The notes under the pieces are model-generated. The model did not search any database and had not been told where the DNA came from. It worked only from the letters and a program-made list of their open reading frames with translations. A stretch of DNA of 63,281 nt, filler included, from Octopus bimaculoides (Eukaryota), in the NCBI RefSeq assembly GCF_001194135.2. It is 4 parts of 4 records of this genome, joined end to end, with 100 filler letters (N's around TTAATTAATTAA, not from the genome) between each part and the next. Parts side by side here need not be neighbours in the genome. Positions count along the whole stretch, not along the records: positions 1 to 26,136 come from NC_068997.1; 3 more parts are not named here. One strand, 5' to 3'. Shown here in pieces: positions 11,830 through 22,788 of the stretch. Each line of letters opens with the position of its first letter. The stretch's first letter is position 1. The translations under genes were made by a program, and so were the position numbers.

Positions 11830-12064
11830 AGATTATTCACATTTGACGGCTATTTGTCTTCGTCTTGTTTGTTGTTAACACAACGTTTCGACTGATGTAC
11901 TCTCCAGCCTTCTTCAGGTGTCTTGGGGAAATTTCGAAGCTGGGTTCTCATTCCTAAGGTATTTTTCGAAGGTGTTATTATTATTATTCAGGTCACTGTC
12001 TGGGATCGAATTCGGTATCTTGGGGTTAGTAGCCCCGCGCGCTTAACCACTACGCTATATGCCC
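11830..12064 (-). mobile_element. tRNA-derived SINE carrying a hammerhead ribozyme motif in its 3' half
   Basis: The - strand begins GGGCATATAGCGTAGTGGTTAAG (A box) and GAATTCGATCCC (B-box-like), then a short (TAA)n linker, then the hammerhead motif at 11877-11922. Confidence 0.75.
11877..11922 (-). ncRNA. Minimal type I hammerhead ribozyme motif (Penelope-type)
   Basis: The - strand reads GACAC-CUGAAGA-A-GGCUG-GAGAGUACAU-CAGUC-GAAA-CGUU-GUGUU. Stem I is 5 bp, the catalytic core is intact, stem II is 5 bp, and stem III is the palindrome ACGU. Activity is untested. Confidence 0.7.
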
Positions 12065-12120
12065 GTGGACATAATAGAAAGGTTGTGTAAATATTTGTGT
12101 ATAAGTACATACATATATGA

Positions 12121-12477
12121 ATTGGCACTCCGTCGGTTACGACGACGAGGGTTCCAGTTGATCCAATCAACGGAACAGCCTGCTCTTGCAATTAACGTGT
12201 AAGTGGCTGAGCACTCCATAGACACGTGTACCCTTAACATAGTTGCAGCGTGACACAGAGTGTGACAAGGTTGGCCCTTTGAAATACAGGTACAACAGAA
12301 AGAAAGAGTGAGAGAAAGTTGTGGTGAAAGAATATAGCAGGGTTCACCACCACCCCCTGTCGTGGTGCTTTAGGTGTTTTCGCTCAATAAACACTCATAA
12401 TGTCCGGTCTGGGAATCGGGTCTGCGATCCTTTGACCGCGAGTCCGATACCCTAACCACTGGGCCATTGCACCTCCA
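12121..12477 (-). mobile_element. SINE family C
   Basis: Collinear with 11300-11682; a partial head also lies at 9464-9531. Confidence 0.88.
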
Positions 12478-12479
12478 TA

Positions 12480-12732
12480 TACATTTCGTTGGTGCATAAT
12501 TATTGCGGCTTTTTTTCAACAAATTTTATCCAACAAAAACAATAACACGTAACAAAAACATCTTTCAATGATTATTCCGGAGCATATTCACCATCTACTT
12601 CAATTACTGCTTCCCATTTACTTGGCAGACGGTCAGACCGTCATTTAAAGATGCTTTTGTTAAATATTGTTATTGTTTTTGTTGAATAAAATTTGTTGAA
12701 AAAAAGCCGCAATAATTCTGTACCAATCCAAT
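12480..12732 (-). mobile_element. mariner-derived MITE retaining the transposase C-terminus
   Basis: Inverted termini GTTGGTGCATAATTATTGCGGC...GCCGCAATAATTCTGTACCAA resemble Hsmar1-type TIRs, with TA at the flanks. The - strand encodes DRLPSKWEAVIEVDGEYAPE*. Confidence 0.8.
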
Positions 12733-14067
12733 ATATATACTAGACATAAGTGTCATAAACTACAAAATATAAATATCCACTCTACCACACCTGAAACGTA
12801 CCTGTTATTACTCTTTATCTCGATTTGAATGGGCGTGAAGGTATTTAGAAATGTCCAACCTTATTTCTGCAAATCTGCTAAGCACTTTCAACCATTGAAA
12901 CCACTTTGAATATCATTTTAACAAGTTTAAAGTGATTTCTTTTGTACCTTACACCATTTACCATCTCTGTAGTGATCTCCCACTCACCCCATTCAGTCGA
13001 TGCCCTTGGTTAATACAGTTCAGAATAAATAAATAGACAAAATCGATCCAGTGTGTGTGTTAAATAATAAAACACTATAACAGAATGACACTCCCCAGAC
13101 GCAGTAAAATAAAATTTTTATATCTATTATAAAATAAAACTCGTAAAACCGGTGTCTCATAAAACGGGTCCTTGTAAAATGAAGTATTACTGCATGCATA
13201 CACGCCCATTTCTTATTTTTCTATCTTCGATCGCATTGTTTACATAGCCGTATTCGTATACAAAATGTTACAACTTTCAGTTCTGGCTCCAAATTATATC
13301 GACTATCTGTAGAGATAACTTAGAAGTGACTATAATTATTTTCTTGTCTTATTAGGCGACTGAAATCTTCACACTCTTTCATATAATTGTGTTGCTTTCA
13401 GTTATGAATCAGTGAATTATAAGAATGAAATAATTTAGAAGTTGGACCCGTGGAAATTCCACAGAACGAAAACGATGAAGAGAAGCTATTTAAGAAAGAC
13501 TGGATGATTTGCGTCTTTATTTTTCTTTCTATAAGGGTTATTTCACTTCCAGTCACAATAACATATTTTATGATTTTAAAATTTCCCTCTGCGAAGCCCT
13601 TCATATTTCTCTCTTTCTCTCTACTTTCTCAACAAACTTTTTCACCATGTAATTCTCCACTTCATGTCTTTAAATTTTCTCTCTTTCTCTTCACCTTTCC
13701 CTCCCTACCATACAGCACGTCATCAGCACTTCTCTCTCCCACTTTTCTCTCACCATCTTTTTCTCTCGCTCTTCTCCTCTCTCTTCAACTAACTCTTCTC
13801 TATTCATATTTCCTCCTCTCTTGTTTTCTCCCATTTACTCACCTCTCACTCACTCCACCTCCACCCCTCTAACGAACTAAGGTATAACGGGCGAACGAAC
13901 AAGCAGATTATTATATATATGTAAAAATGGTTTCAAAAACTTACATATCTGGGTGGTTTATCTCGAGCTGTTTACGTAACCATTCAAACTCACTGTACCG
14001 CCTGCGTGACCGGCTTTTCGATAAAGAATAGGACAGATCTGTTGTCTGTTAAAATAAATAAATAAAT

Positions 14068-14595
14068 AACAATCATTTCTTTACGGGCACAAGATCTGAA
14101 ATTTTGGGGACCCTAGTAAATTTCATCGACTCCAGTAAATTTCATCGACTCCAGTAAATTTTATAGACCCCAGTAAATTTCATCGATCCCAGTAAATTTC
14201 ATCGATCCCAGTAAATTTCATCGACCCCAGTAAATTTCATCGACTCCAGTAAATTTCATCGACCCCAGTAAATTTCATCGACTCCAGTAAATTTCATCGA
14301 CCCCAGTAAATTTCATCGACTCCAGTAAATTTCATCTACTCCAGTAAATTTCATCTACTCCAGTAAATTTCATCGATCCCGATAAATTTCATCGACTCTA
14401 GTAAATTTCATCTACTCCAGTAGATTTCATCGACTCCAGTAAATTTCATCGACTCCAGTAAATTTCATCGACCCCCAGTAAATTTCATCGACTCCAGTAC
14501 ATTTCATCGGCGCAATTTGAACTCGGAACCTAGCAACGAGTGAAACACCGCTAAGCATTTCGTCCGGCATCCTAACGATTCTGCCATCTCGCCGC
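14068..14595 (-). mobile_element. SINE family A with internal minisatellite expansion
   Basis: Head at 14520-14595 and tail at 14068-14110, with a 19-bp tandem array between them. Confidence 0.8.
14112..14508. repeat. 19-bp minisatellite, about 21 copies
   Basis: Unit CCAGTAAATTTCATCGACT/C; AGTAAA recurs at 14115, 14134 and 14153. Confidence 0.95.
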
Positions 14596-14640
14596 CCCTA
14601 CCTTGGACAAAGATATCAAATGTCCTCATTTCCCTAAGGG

Positions 14641-14895
14641 AGAGGCGCGTGGCTTAGTGGTTATGGTATTGGACTCATGATCATAAGATTGTGGTTTCGA
14701 TCTCCGGACCGGGCAACACGTCGTGTTCTTGAGCAAAACACTCCATTTCACGTTGCTCCAGTCCACACAGCTGGCAAAAATGATCATTCCTTTGACAGAT
14801 TGTGCTGCATATATTCCCCAGGGTCAAATTTATACGCTACGAAAACCAGGAAACCGGCCCTTATAAGTCAATATGACACGGGAAGGATCATTATC
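14641..14895 (+). mobile_element. tRNA-derived SINE, family D (TTGAGCAA.ACAC...CACGTTGCTCCAG central domain)
   Basis: Head GGCGCGTGGCTTAGTGGTTA...GTGGTTTCGATCTCC; inverse copies lie at 31628-32570, 35105-35285, 37111-37402 and 58720-58950. Confidence 0.75.
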
Positions 14896-16003
14896 TCTCT
14901 CTCTCTCTCTCTTTTTTTCTCCTTAAGACACGAGGATAAAATCTGGCTCCTATTTCTAGCAGGTCTAATTACACAAAAATATCTTCCCTTGCTTGTGTGA
15001 AAGTTGGTTTTGGCCTTTTTCATGAATAATGTAAGGGAGGTAACTGTGATTTACTTAAGACGATCTTCGTTTGACCCATTGCATTTCTACTGCACATAAT
15101 ATACACTGCATGCAAACATACACAGACCCCCACACAAATACACATGCTACACACACATGCACAAACATGCAAATACACGCATACACATACATACACAACA
15201 CACATATACATCAGCACCAACATATATATATATATATATATATAAATTTCAATAATAGGACGAATTCTTTTACAAGAATTTATCAAGTAGCTAGCGTGAA
15301 AAAAACCTCATAAGGGAAAAAATCCATAATTTATTCCCGAAATATATATATGCTATGCTGGATACATGGTGTTCGTTTGGTATGTTGATTCACTGTTTAT
15401 TTCTATTTTTCTTGACCATATTATACTGACGAGTAGAAGTTGTATAATACTACAATAACTACGAAATCATGATCCATAATTTAGTTCGTTTTTTAAGGGG
15501 TTGGCTTTGAGAGTTGCATTTCCACGCATTCGGTAAAAATGTGCTTTTTTTTTTTATAGTAGTCTGACCTTAGAGTCCCTCGTGGCGTGAGGCGTTATTG
15601 TATAGTAATGTAACCTCGTGGGCAACGGTACCATTTTCCTCTTTCTCCGTTCTTCCATTCTCCGAACTTTCCATCTTTCCGACGAAGGGCTACGCCCGAA
15701 ACGTCATACACTCNNNNNNNNNNNNNNNNNNNNNNNNNNNNNNNNNNNNNNNNNNNNNNNNNNNNNNNNNNNNNNNNNNNNNNNNNNNNNNNNNNNNNNN
15801 NNNNNNNNNNNNNNNNNNNNNNNNNNNNNNNNNNNNNNNNNNNNNNNNNNNNNNNNNNNNNNNNNNNNNNNNNNNNNNNNNNNNNNNNNNNNNNNNNNNN
15901 NNNNNNNNNNNNNNNNNNNNNNNNNNNNNNNNNNNNNNNNNNNNNNNNNNNNNNNNNNTATATATTTATATATATACACACATATATATACACATACACA
16001 CAA

Positions 16004-16219
16004 AGGCGGCGAGCTGGCAGAATCGTTAGCGCGTTGGGTGAAATGCTTAGCAGTATTTCGTCTGTCTTTACGTTCTGAGTTCAAATTCTGCCGAGGTTGA
16101 CTTTGCCTTTCATTCTTTCGGGGTCGATAAATTAAGTACCAGTTGCGTACTGGGGTCGATCTAATCGACTGGACCCCTTCCCCCCAAATTTCAGGCCTTG
16201 TGCCTAGAGTAGAAAAGAA
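16004..16219 (+). mobile_element. SINE family A, full length
   Basis: Near-identical to the 7139 copy along its length. Confidence 0.9.
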
Positions 16220-16450
16220 CATTTTTATATATAATTATATATATGCATATACATACATATATACATACTCACATTGACAGTAATCTCATAAGTGATATAT
16301 TTGTTTCCGTTTCCATCTAGTTGGGTTTTCGGATTCTGCACTGATATATCCGTGGTTTCCTTCTGAAAGAAGAAACAGAAGAATTAGGGGTTAGCTCATA
16401 TAGTGGTCCTTAATACTCGGAAGAGAAAACTGAGTAACTAGAGACTAGAT

Positions 16451-16692
16451 CAGATGTTCTTAACCATTTCTTTACCTATGGATCTCTTTGATTCCTGTTT
16501 TAGTCGGGGTGCGTCGAGGGTCCCTTGTAGTCATTTAATGTCTAAAAACCCCTATTATATTTGAATAATTAGATATTATTAGGACGTATATAAAAAAAAA
16601 TTGTTAAATCGTTTTATGTGTTTTAGAAGTATAAACAATTAAATCTTATATGGACCCCAAAGGGTCACATAAACCCTAATTGAGGACCGCTG
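16451..16692. mobile_element. Older hAT-like MITE
   Basis: Degenerate termini CAGATGTTCTTAACC...AATTGAGGACCGCTG; no TSD match. Confidence 0.45.
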
Positions 16693-16814
16693 GGTTAAAT
16701 GATACTTTGTCCCTCGAGTCCTAGGACTCATAAGGTCATTTATCCGGTTTCCATGGTGAAAAAATAACCCAGCTTGCAATGTTGCCTTGAACCAGACGTC
16801 GGTCCGTTGCAGAG

Positions 16815-17017
16815 TTGAAGGCCAGTAATTTTGAGGGGAGGGGGACAAGTCGATTATATTGACTCCAATACTTAATTGGTACTTTATTTTATCGTCCTTA
16901 AAAGGATGAAATGCAAAGCTGACCTCGGCAGCTTTTGAATTTCGAAACGTCACGGACCGGATGAAATGCCGCTAAGCACTTTTTCCGAAGTGCTAACGAT
17001 TCTGCTAGCACGCTGCC
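16815..17017 (-). mobile_element. SINE family A, diverged
   Basis: Reverse complement of the family consensus. Confidence 0.75.
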
Positions 17018-17365
17018 TTCGTTAGATAATACAGAGGACTCTAATGCTGTTGAACTGAAGTATATAGGGTTCCTTGTTGGAAAAGAAGCTGTAGAATTAG
17101 GGGTCAGGTGGTGTTTTATCCATTATTAGATTATTAGAGTGATAGCATATATGTGTCCTTTCATTTCTCTGTTCTATTTATCATTACACAAACTGCACCA
17201 ACACAACCTGATCTGGTAAATGTATTTGTGAGAGGAACATTTCCAGATCTAGCATTATATTCTTGATAGAACCATTGCCAGATTTGTGTGTGATTGTGTT
17301 CTTGTGTGCGCGTGCGTACGTGCATGAGTAGAAACATCGGTAGATCTGATAATGTAGTCATGATT

Positions 17366-17800
17366 AGGGCGGCGAGCTGGCAGAATCGTTGGTACACCGA
17401 TCGAAAGGCTTAGAGGTATTTCGTCTGTCTTTACGTTCTGAGTTCAAATTCCGCCGAGGTCGACTTTACCTGTCATCCTTTCGGGATCGATAAATTAAGT
17501 ACCAGTTGCGCACTGGGGTCGAGGTAATCGACTTAATCCCTTTGTCCGTCCTTGTTTGTCCCCTATATTTTTAGCCCCTTGTGGGCAATAAAGAAATAAG
17601 AAACGTTAGCACGCCGGGCGAAATGCTTAGAGGTATTTCGCCTGTCTTTACTGTTCTGAGTTCAAATTCCGCCGAGGCCGACTTTAGCTTTCATCCTTTT
17701 CGCGTCGATAAATTAAGTACCTGTTGCGTACTGGGGTCGATCTAATCGATTGAACCTCTCCCCCAAAATTTCGGGCCTTGTGCCTGGAGTAGAAAAGAAT
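17366..17800 (+). mobile_element. Tandem (dimeric) SINE family A
   Basis: First unit 17366-17600 has an alternative tail; the second unit from about 17601 lacks the first 20 nt of the head. Confidence 0.8.
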
Positions 17801-18030
17801 ATAGCCATGACTAGTAACCGTGAGAGATACATCGTTAGATCTGGTAATAGTATATCCTTGATAGAACCACTGTCGGAATTGGTAATATATTCTTGATAGA
17901 AAAATCGGCAGATCTGATAATATAGTCATGATAGAAACATTACCAGATCTGGTGGTATATTCCTAACAGAACCACTGCCAGATCTGGTAATGTATTCTTG
18001 GTAGAAGCATTGCTAGATATGGTTATGTAT
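17800..18030. repeat. Degenerate about 35-bp tandem repeat
   Basis: CCAGATCTGGTAATATATTCTTGATAGAACCA-like units, also at 17205-17365 on the other side of the dimeric SINE. Confidence 0.7.
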
Positions 18031-18340
18031 TCGCTATGTGTGTGTGTGCGCATGTATGTAAACCGAAGCCCTTTCGTGTCCCGGTTGCGTTAAAANNNNN
18101 NNNNNTCCTGTCCCGGTTGCGTTAAAAAAAAAAAAAAAATCCTTGACCGTCCTAGCATGTAGCTACGACGATTCATATGCCTACGTACACCTCGACAGAG
18201 GAAGCCTCTGCAACGCAGTTATGATTACTAGAAACCACAGTTTCTAAATCATGTGCTTAGAGAGGCGTCAGATATTATTGCAATGGCTCCACGCTTATCA
18301 AACTAAACCATCATATCTGTTATTCGCTAGAGAGAGATAA

Positions 18341-18397
<57 letters not shown>

Positions 18398-18747
18398 AAG
18401 AGGGAGAGAGAGAGAACAATGCCGATGGATAGAGTTCATTAAATTAATATCTGGTTACTAAGTCCTGGTTAAAGTTCAGATATTACTAGAGTTATTTTTC
18501 ACGCAGAAGTTCGGCAAAATATTATGTTGCGTGTACACATACTCCTGCACGTACACGCATGCGCACAAGCACACGCACACACGTGCGTACACACACGCAC
18601 GCATGCATGCATACGTATACAGACATATACGAATGTATATGTGTGCGTGTGTATGTATACTTATATATATTCATACATATGTGTGTATAAATGTGTATTA
18701 ATGTGTACGTAAATGTATGCGTGTGTATTAATGTATGCATATATGTG

Positions 18748-18811
<64 letters not shown>

Positions 18812-20650
18812 CGTGTATATGTATATGTGTGTGCATANNNNNNNNNNNNNNNNNNNNNNNNNNNNNNNNNNNNNNNNNNNNNNNNNNNNNNNNNNNNNNN
18901 NNNNNNNNNNNNNNNNNNNNNNNNNNNNNNNNNNNNNNNNNNNNNNNNNNNNNNNNNNNNNNNNNNNNNNNNNNNNNNNNNNNNNNNNNNNNNNNNNNNN
19001 NNNNNNNNNNNNNNNNNNNNNNNNNNNNNNNNNNNNNNNNNNNNNNNNNNNNNNNNNNNNNNNNNNNNNNNNNNNNNNNNNNNNNNNNNNNNNNNNNNNN
19101 NNNNNNNNNNNNNNNNNNNNNNNNNNNNNNNNNNNNNNNNNNNNNNNNNNNNNNNNNNNNNNNNNNNNNNNNNNNNNNNNNNNNNNNNNNNNNNNNNNNN
19201 NNNNNNNNNNNNNNNNNNNNNNNNNNNNNNNNNNNNNNNNNNNNNNNNNNNNNNNNNNNNNNNNNNNNNNNNNNNNNNNNNNNNNNNNNNNNNNNNNNNN
19301 NNNNNNNNNNNNNNNNNNNNNNNNNNNNNNNNNNNNNNNNNNNNNNNNNNNNNNNNNNNNNNNNNNNNNNNNNNNNNNNNNNNNNNNNNNNNNNNNNNNN
19401 NNNNNNNNNNNNNNNNNNNNNNNNNNNNNNNNNNNNNNNNNNNNNNNNNNNNNNNNNNNNNNNNNNNNNNNNNNNNNNNATATATATATATATATATATA
19501 CACATGTATTTATATGTCTGTACAAATGAACATGTATATGTATAATATATATGTAACACATGTGTGTATATGCATGTATACGCACACACATACTCGCTGC
19601 GCACTCAATCGCACACACACAACTCGTTCACACACACAACTCAATCACACACACACACACATGCATTCATATAAGTTATTTGCATTTGTATTTGTGTACC
19701 ATTTCTTCGTTTATTTTTTTCTGTCCTTGTTTTCGTAGACATTCGCTGCTTTCTTCCAAGGAATCCAATTCTCTTAGCTTAGTTTTTCCTAGGGGCTGAC
19801 CAGATTGGAGCAATCTCGAGTATAACCAGCCGAAATTGCAAAGATAATCTGGAACTCGACTGAGGAAAGAAAACTCTGAATGACCCGTCCTTGTTTTCTC
19901 TTGTCCCTCTTTTGTATCATCTAACTGTCTGAGTGTTTTGCGTTCTTGTCCCATTTTTTGTATTCCTTCATATATATATATAAACAAATAGTAAATGAGT
20001 ATATGCATATATACGTACAGGTATGTGCATACCGACATCCACCTGTATGTATAGGTGCATATCTGGGTACAGGACATTGCAAACAAAACAGAGACGAGAA
20101 AACACACAAGCCACATAGAGAACATTCTACTTCATCAGCTACCTCCGTTTTAACACCGGCGTTTCGCAGAGCTAGGCAGGACGCATCGTTAAAACAATAT
20201 ATTGTGGTTTCAATTCTTAGATCGGACGATGTGTTGTGTTCTTACGCTAAACACTTCCTTTCGCGTTTCTACAGTCCACTCATGCAGCTAGCCAAAGCAT
20301 GTAACCCTGTAACGGACGGGCATCCTGTCCAGAATCGGGGTGAAATATATACGACATGAAATCCAGGGAAAACTGACTTCATGGGCTTAGAGTCTGGGAA
20401 GGAACTTCCATCTTTTCTTTGATACATAAGCACGTGTTTGTGACACTTAAAAAAAAAAAAAATTTTACAAGGGGGATAACTTTTGTCATGATAACCATTA
20501 CTGCTTAACGAATCAGTAACGCTATCGCTACATACACAGACACAAGACAAATCGCCGAATGACGGTCTAACCTGTCACCCTGTAAACACGCTACAACTAT
20601 TGACTTCCAGACCAAACTCTTCCTTCTCTTGTGTCTTTTTTCTCGTGTTC

Positions 20651-20664
20651 ACTACTACTACCAT

Positions 20665-20706
<42 letters not shown>

Positions 20707-20709
20707 CAT

Positions 20710-20775
<66 letters not shown>
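20651..20775. repeat. (TAC)n microsatellite
   Basis: Near-perfect array. Confidence 0.98.
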
Positions 20776-21631
20776 GATAACAGGGGCGGCAGCAACAGTA
20801 GTAACAACGACATTAGGTGATCTAAACAACTTACCTCTCGGTTCACCTTATAGAATTGATCGACTCTACTGTTCCCATCATTCCTACATATAACTAAAAC
20901 TGGTCCTTGAAATCCTATGAAAAAAGGGATTCAACTGGTATTTTCCCTGAAAATAACTTCCTTAACTTTTGAAAGCATCTCCACATTTGAGTGCCCGAAA
21001 GGAGCCTTGTTCTGTTCAGCGAAAATTCTGTCAGACAACTTCCCATAACTTTGTGGTTCGACTTAAGAGATCAACAGAATGAGTACTAGGTTAGAAAGAA
21101 AATCTAAGAACTGGGTTCGATTTATTCGATCAAAAATTTCTTCAAGGCACTGCCCCCATCATGGCTGCAGTCCAATGACTGAAACAAGTAAACAATAAAA
21201 GGTATTCGCTTCAGATGATTCACACAGCCAATGCTTACAGCCTCATAGTTCAGCAACACCAAGGCGTTCATAAATAGCAACACTGCTGTAATAAACACGA
21301 AGGACAGGGTCTACACAGCCTGAGAAAATAAACTCATTGACCCTTACCACGTGGATAGCTTTCAGCTATTCCTCTAACTCCTGCAGAGCTATCAACCGAA
21401 AAGTAAAACGTGTCTTTGTGTACGTTACAAGCTGCAAGGTCTTCCATGTTATGGATTTCAGTCAGTTTTGTCGGTTCTTTATCAAAAGAATCCCCTATCA
21501 AATTTATGAAATCCCCTTGTCGCGATTCTCTTCAACTATGATGGCTACACTTGAAGGATATTGCGTGGAAAGCTGCCGTATTTGCTGTTTGCTTTATACA
21601 CACAAATACACAAAATGCACAAGCACACATA

Positions 21632-21794
21632 CCGTAAATCCTCGAGTATAGTCCGTCCTTGAATATAATACGCAGGGGATTTTTAGGTGGCTGTACCTCT
21701 GAAAAACCTAAACCTTGTGTATAATACGCACCCCTTCTCTAACTTGAGTCAAGGAGGTCTATATAACGTCCTTGGTTTGTAAACGTATATACGG
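21632..21794. mobile_element. Tc1/mariner (Tc2-like) MITE
   Basis: TA|CCGTA...TACGG|TA termini with repeated ATAATACGCA subterminal motifs. Confidence 0.7.
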
Positions 21795-22358
21795 TAACGT
21801 TCTTTGTTATTATTGTATATATATATAACATAATGCAAATGTGTAGCCTTTTTGTGCACTTTGTTTTCAGAAAATAAAGAAATAACAGTAATAACGTCAG
21901 TGAAAAATAAATATCAAGTAAATTGCCTTTCACATATTTATCACTTAGAAAATTTTGCTTAGAAAATATTTTTCATTTTTAAACTCGTATATAGCACGCA
22001 CTAGAAATTTTGACCATTAAATTTGGGGAAAGAGAGAGAGAGAGAGAAATTACGATAGCAATTGTAGCGGTGTTAGTAAAGTTGACGGCGGCGGCGGCGG
22101 TGGTGGAGAATCGACAGTTGTCAAGGTTACAGCGATTGTCATGTGACAACGAGGAAGCAAACTTATTAAAAAATAGTTATTTCTCACCAAAAAACGAAGA
22201 AAGAAAAATGAAAGAAAGAAATAATTAAAGTGTGTGTGTGTGTTGTGAGTTACACATTGAATAGCGTAGTCCTCGTTACTCTAATCCAAGGTGTCTCCAA
22301 ACCGGTCGACGGGGACTGTTCAAGAGGGTCGATAAATGCTTAGAAACTGCACACCTAC

Positions 22359-22402
<44 letters not shown>

Positions 22403-22403
22403 C

Positions 22404-22788
22404 ATTTTATGTTTGACTCTTGCTTTGCATTTGTACAAGTTGGATCCAAGTCTCACCCAGAGACCTCAAGAGACAACAAGTTAGAAGTTCATGTAGGTGT
22501 TATGCCTAGGGTACCATATATTTGGATTTGTACAGTTTTGTTCAAGTGAATGTTTAAGAAACCATAAGAAAATTATGTGTTTGCTTTAAAATTTGAGATC
22601 ACATAGACAGTATTTTACGTAGGATATGGGCAGTTCCCATGAGCACTATCTTTTGAACTTCAGCCATTTTGGGGGTTTCCTGGTATCTGAGCTAGGTAGT
22701 AATCAGCCCGTTTCGCTGTCATTCCCAGGGCACCTATGACAATAGGTATTGTTTTAGTCTTCAGGTTCCACATTTTGCTAATTTCTAT
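22404..22788 (-). mobile_element. 3' end of a second, distinct R4/Dong-type LINE (runs into a gap)
   Basis: - strand EISKMWNLKTKTIPIVIGALGM and AEVQKIVLMGTAHILRKILSM* (stop at 22599-22601). The 3' UTR differs from the first copy and ends in (TAA)n at 22360-22403. Confidence 0.85.

Noticed and set aside
11990-12064. tRNA genes at SINE heads (also 14641, 23786 and others)
   Set aside because: A/B boxes are present, but no complete cloverleaf or acceptor stem forms and each runs into repeat body sequence.
14112-14508. CRISPR-like appearance of the 19-bp and 36-bp arrays
   Set aside because: Units are head-to-tail with no unique spacers, derive from SINE sequence, and there are no cas genes; the DNA is eukaryotic.
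18078-18130. TGTCCCGGTTGCGTTAAAA repeated on both sides of a 10-N gap
   Set aside because: Typical contig-end overlap artefact.
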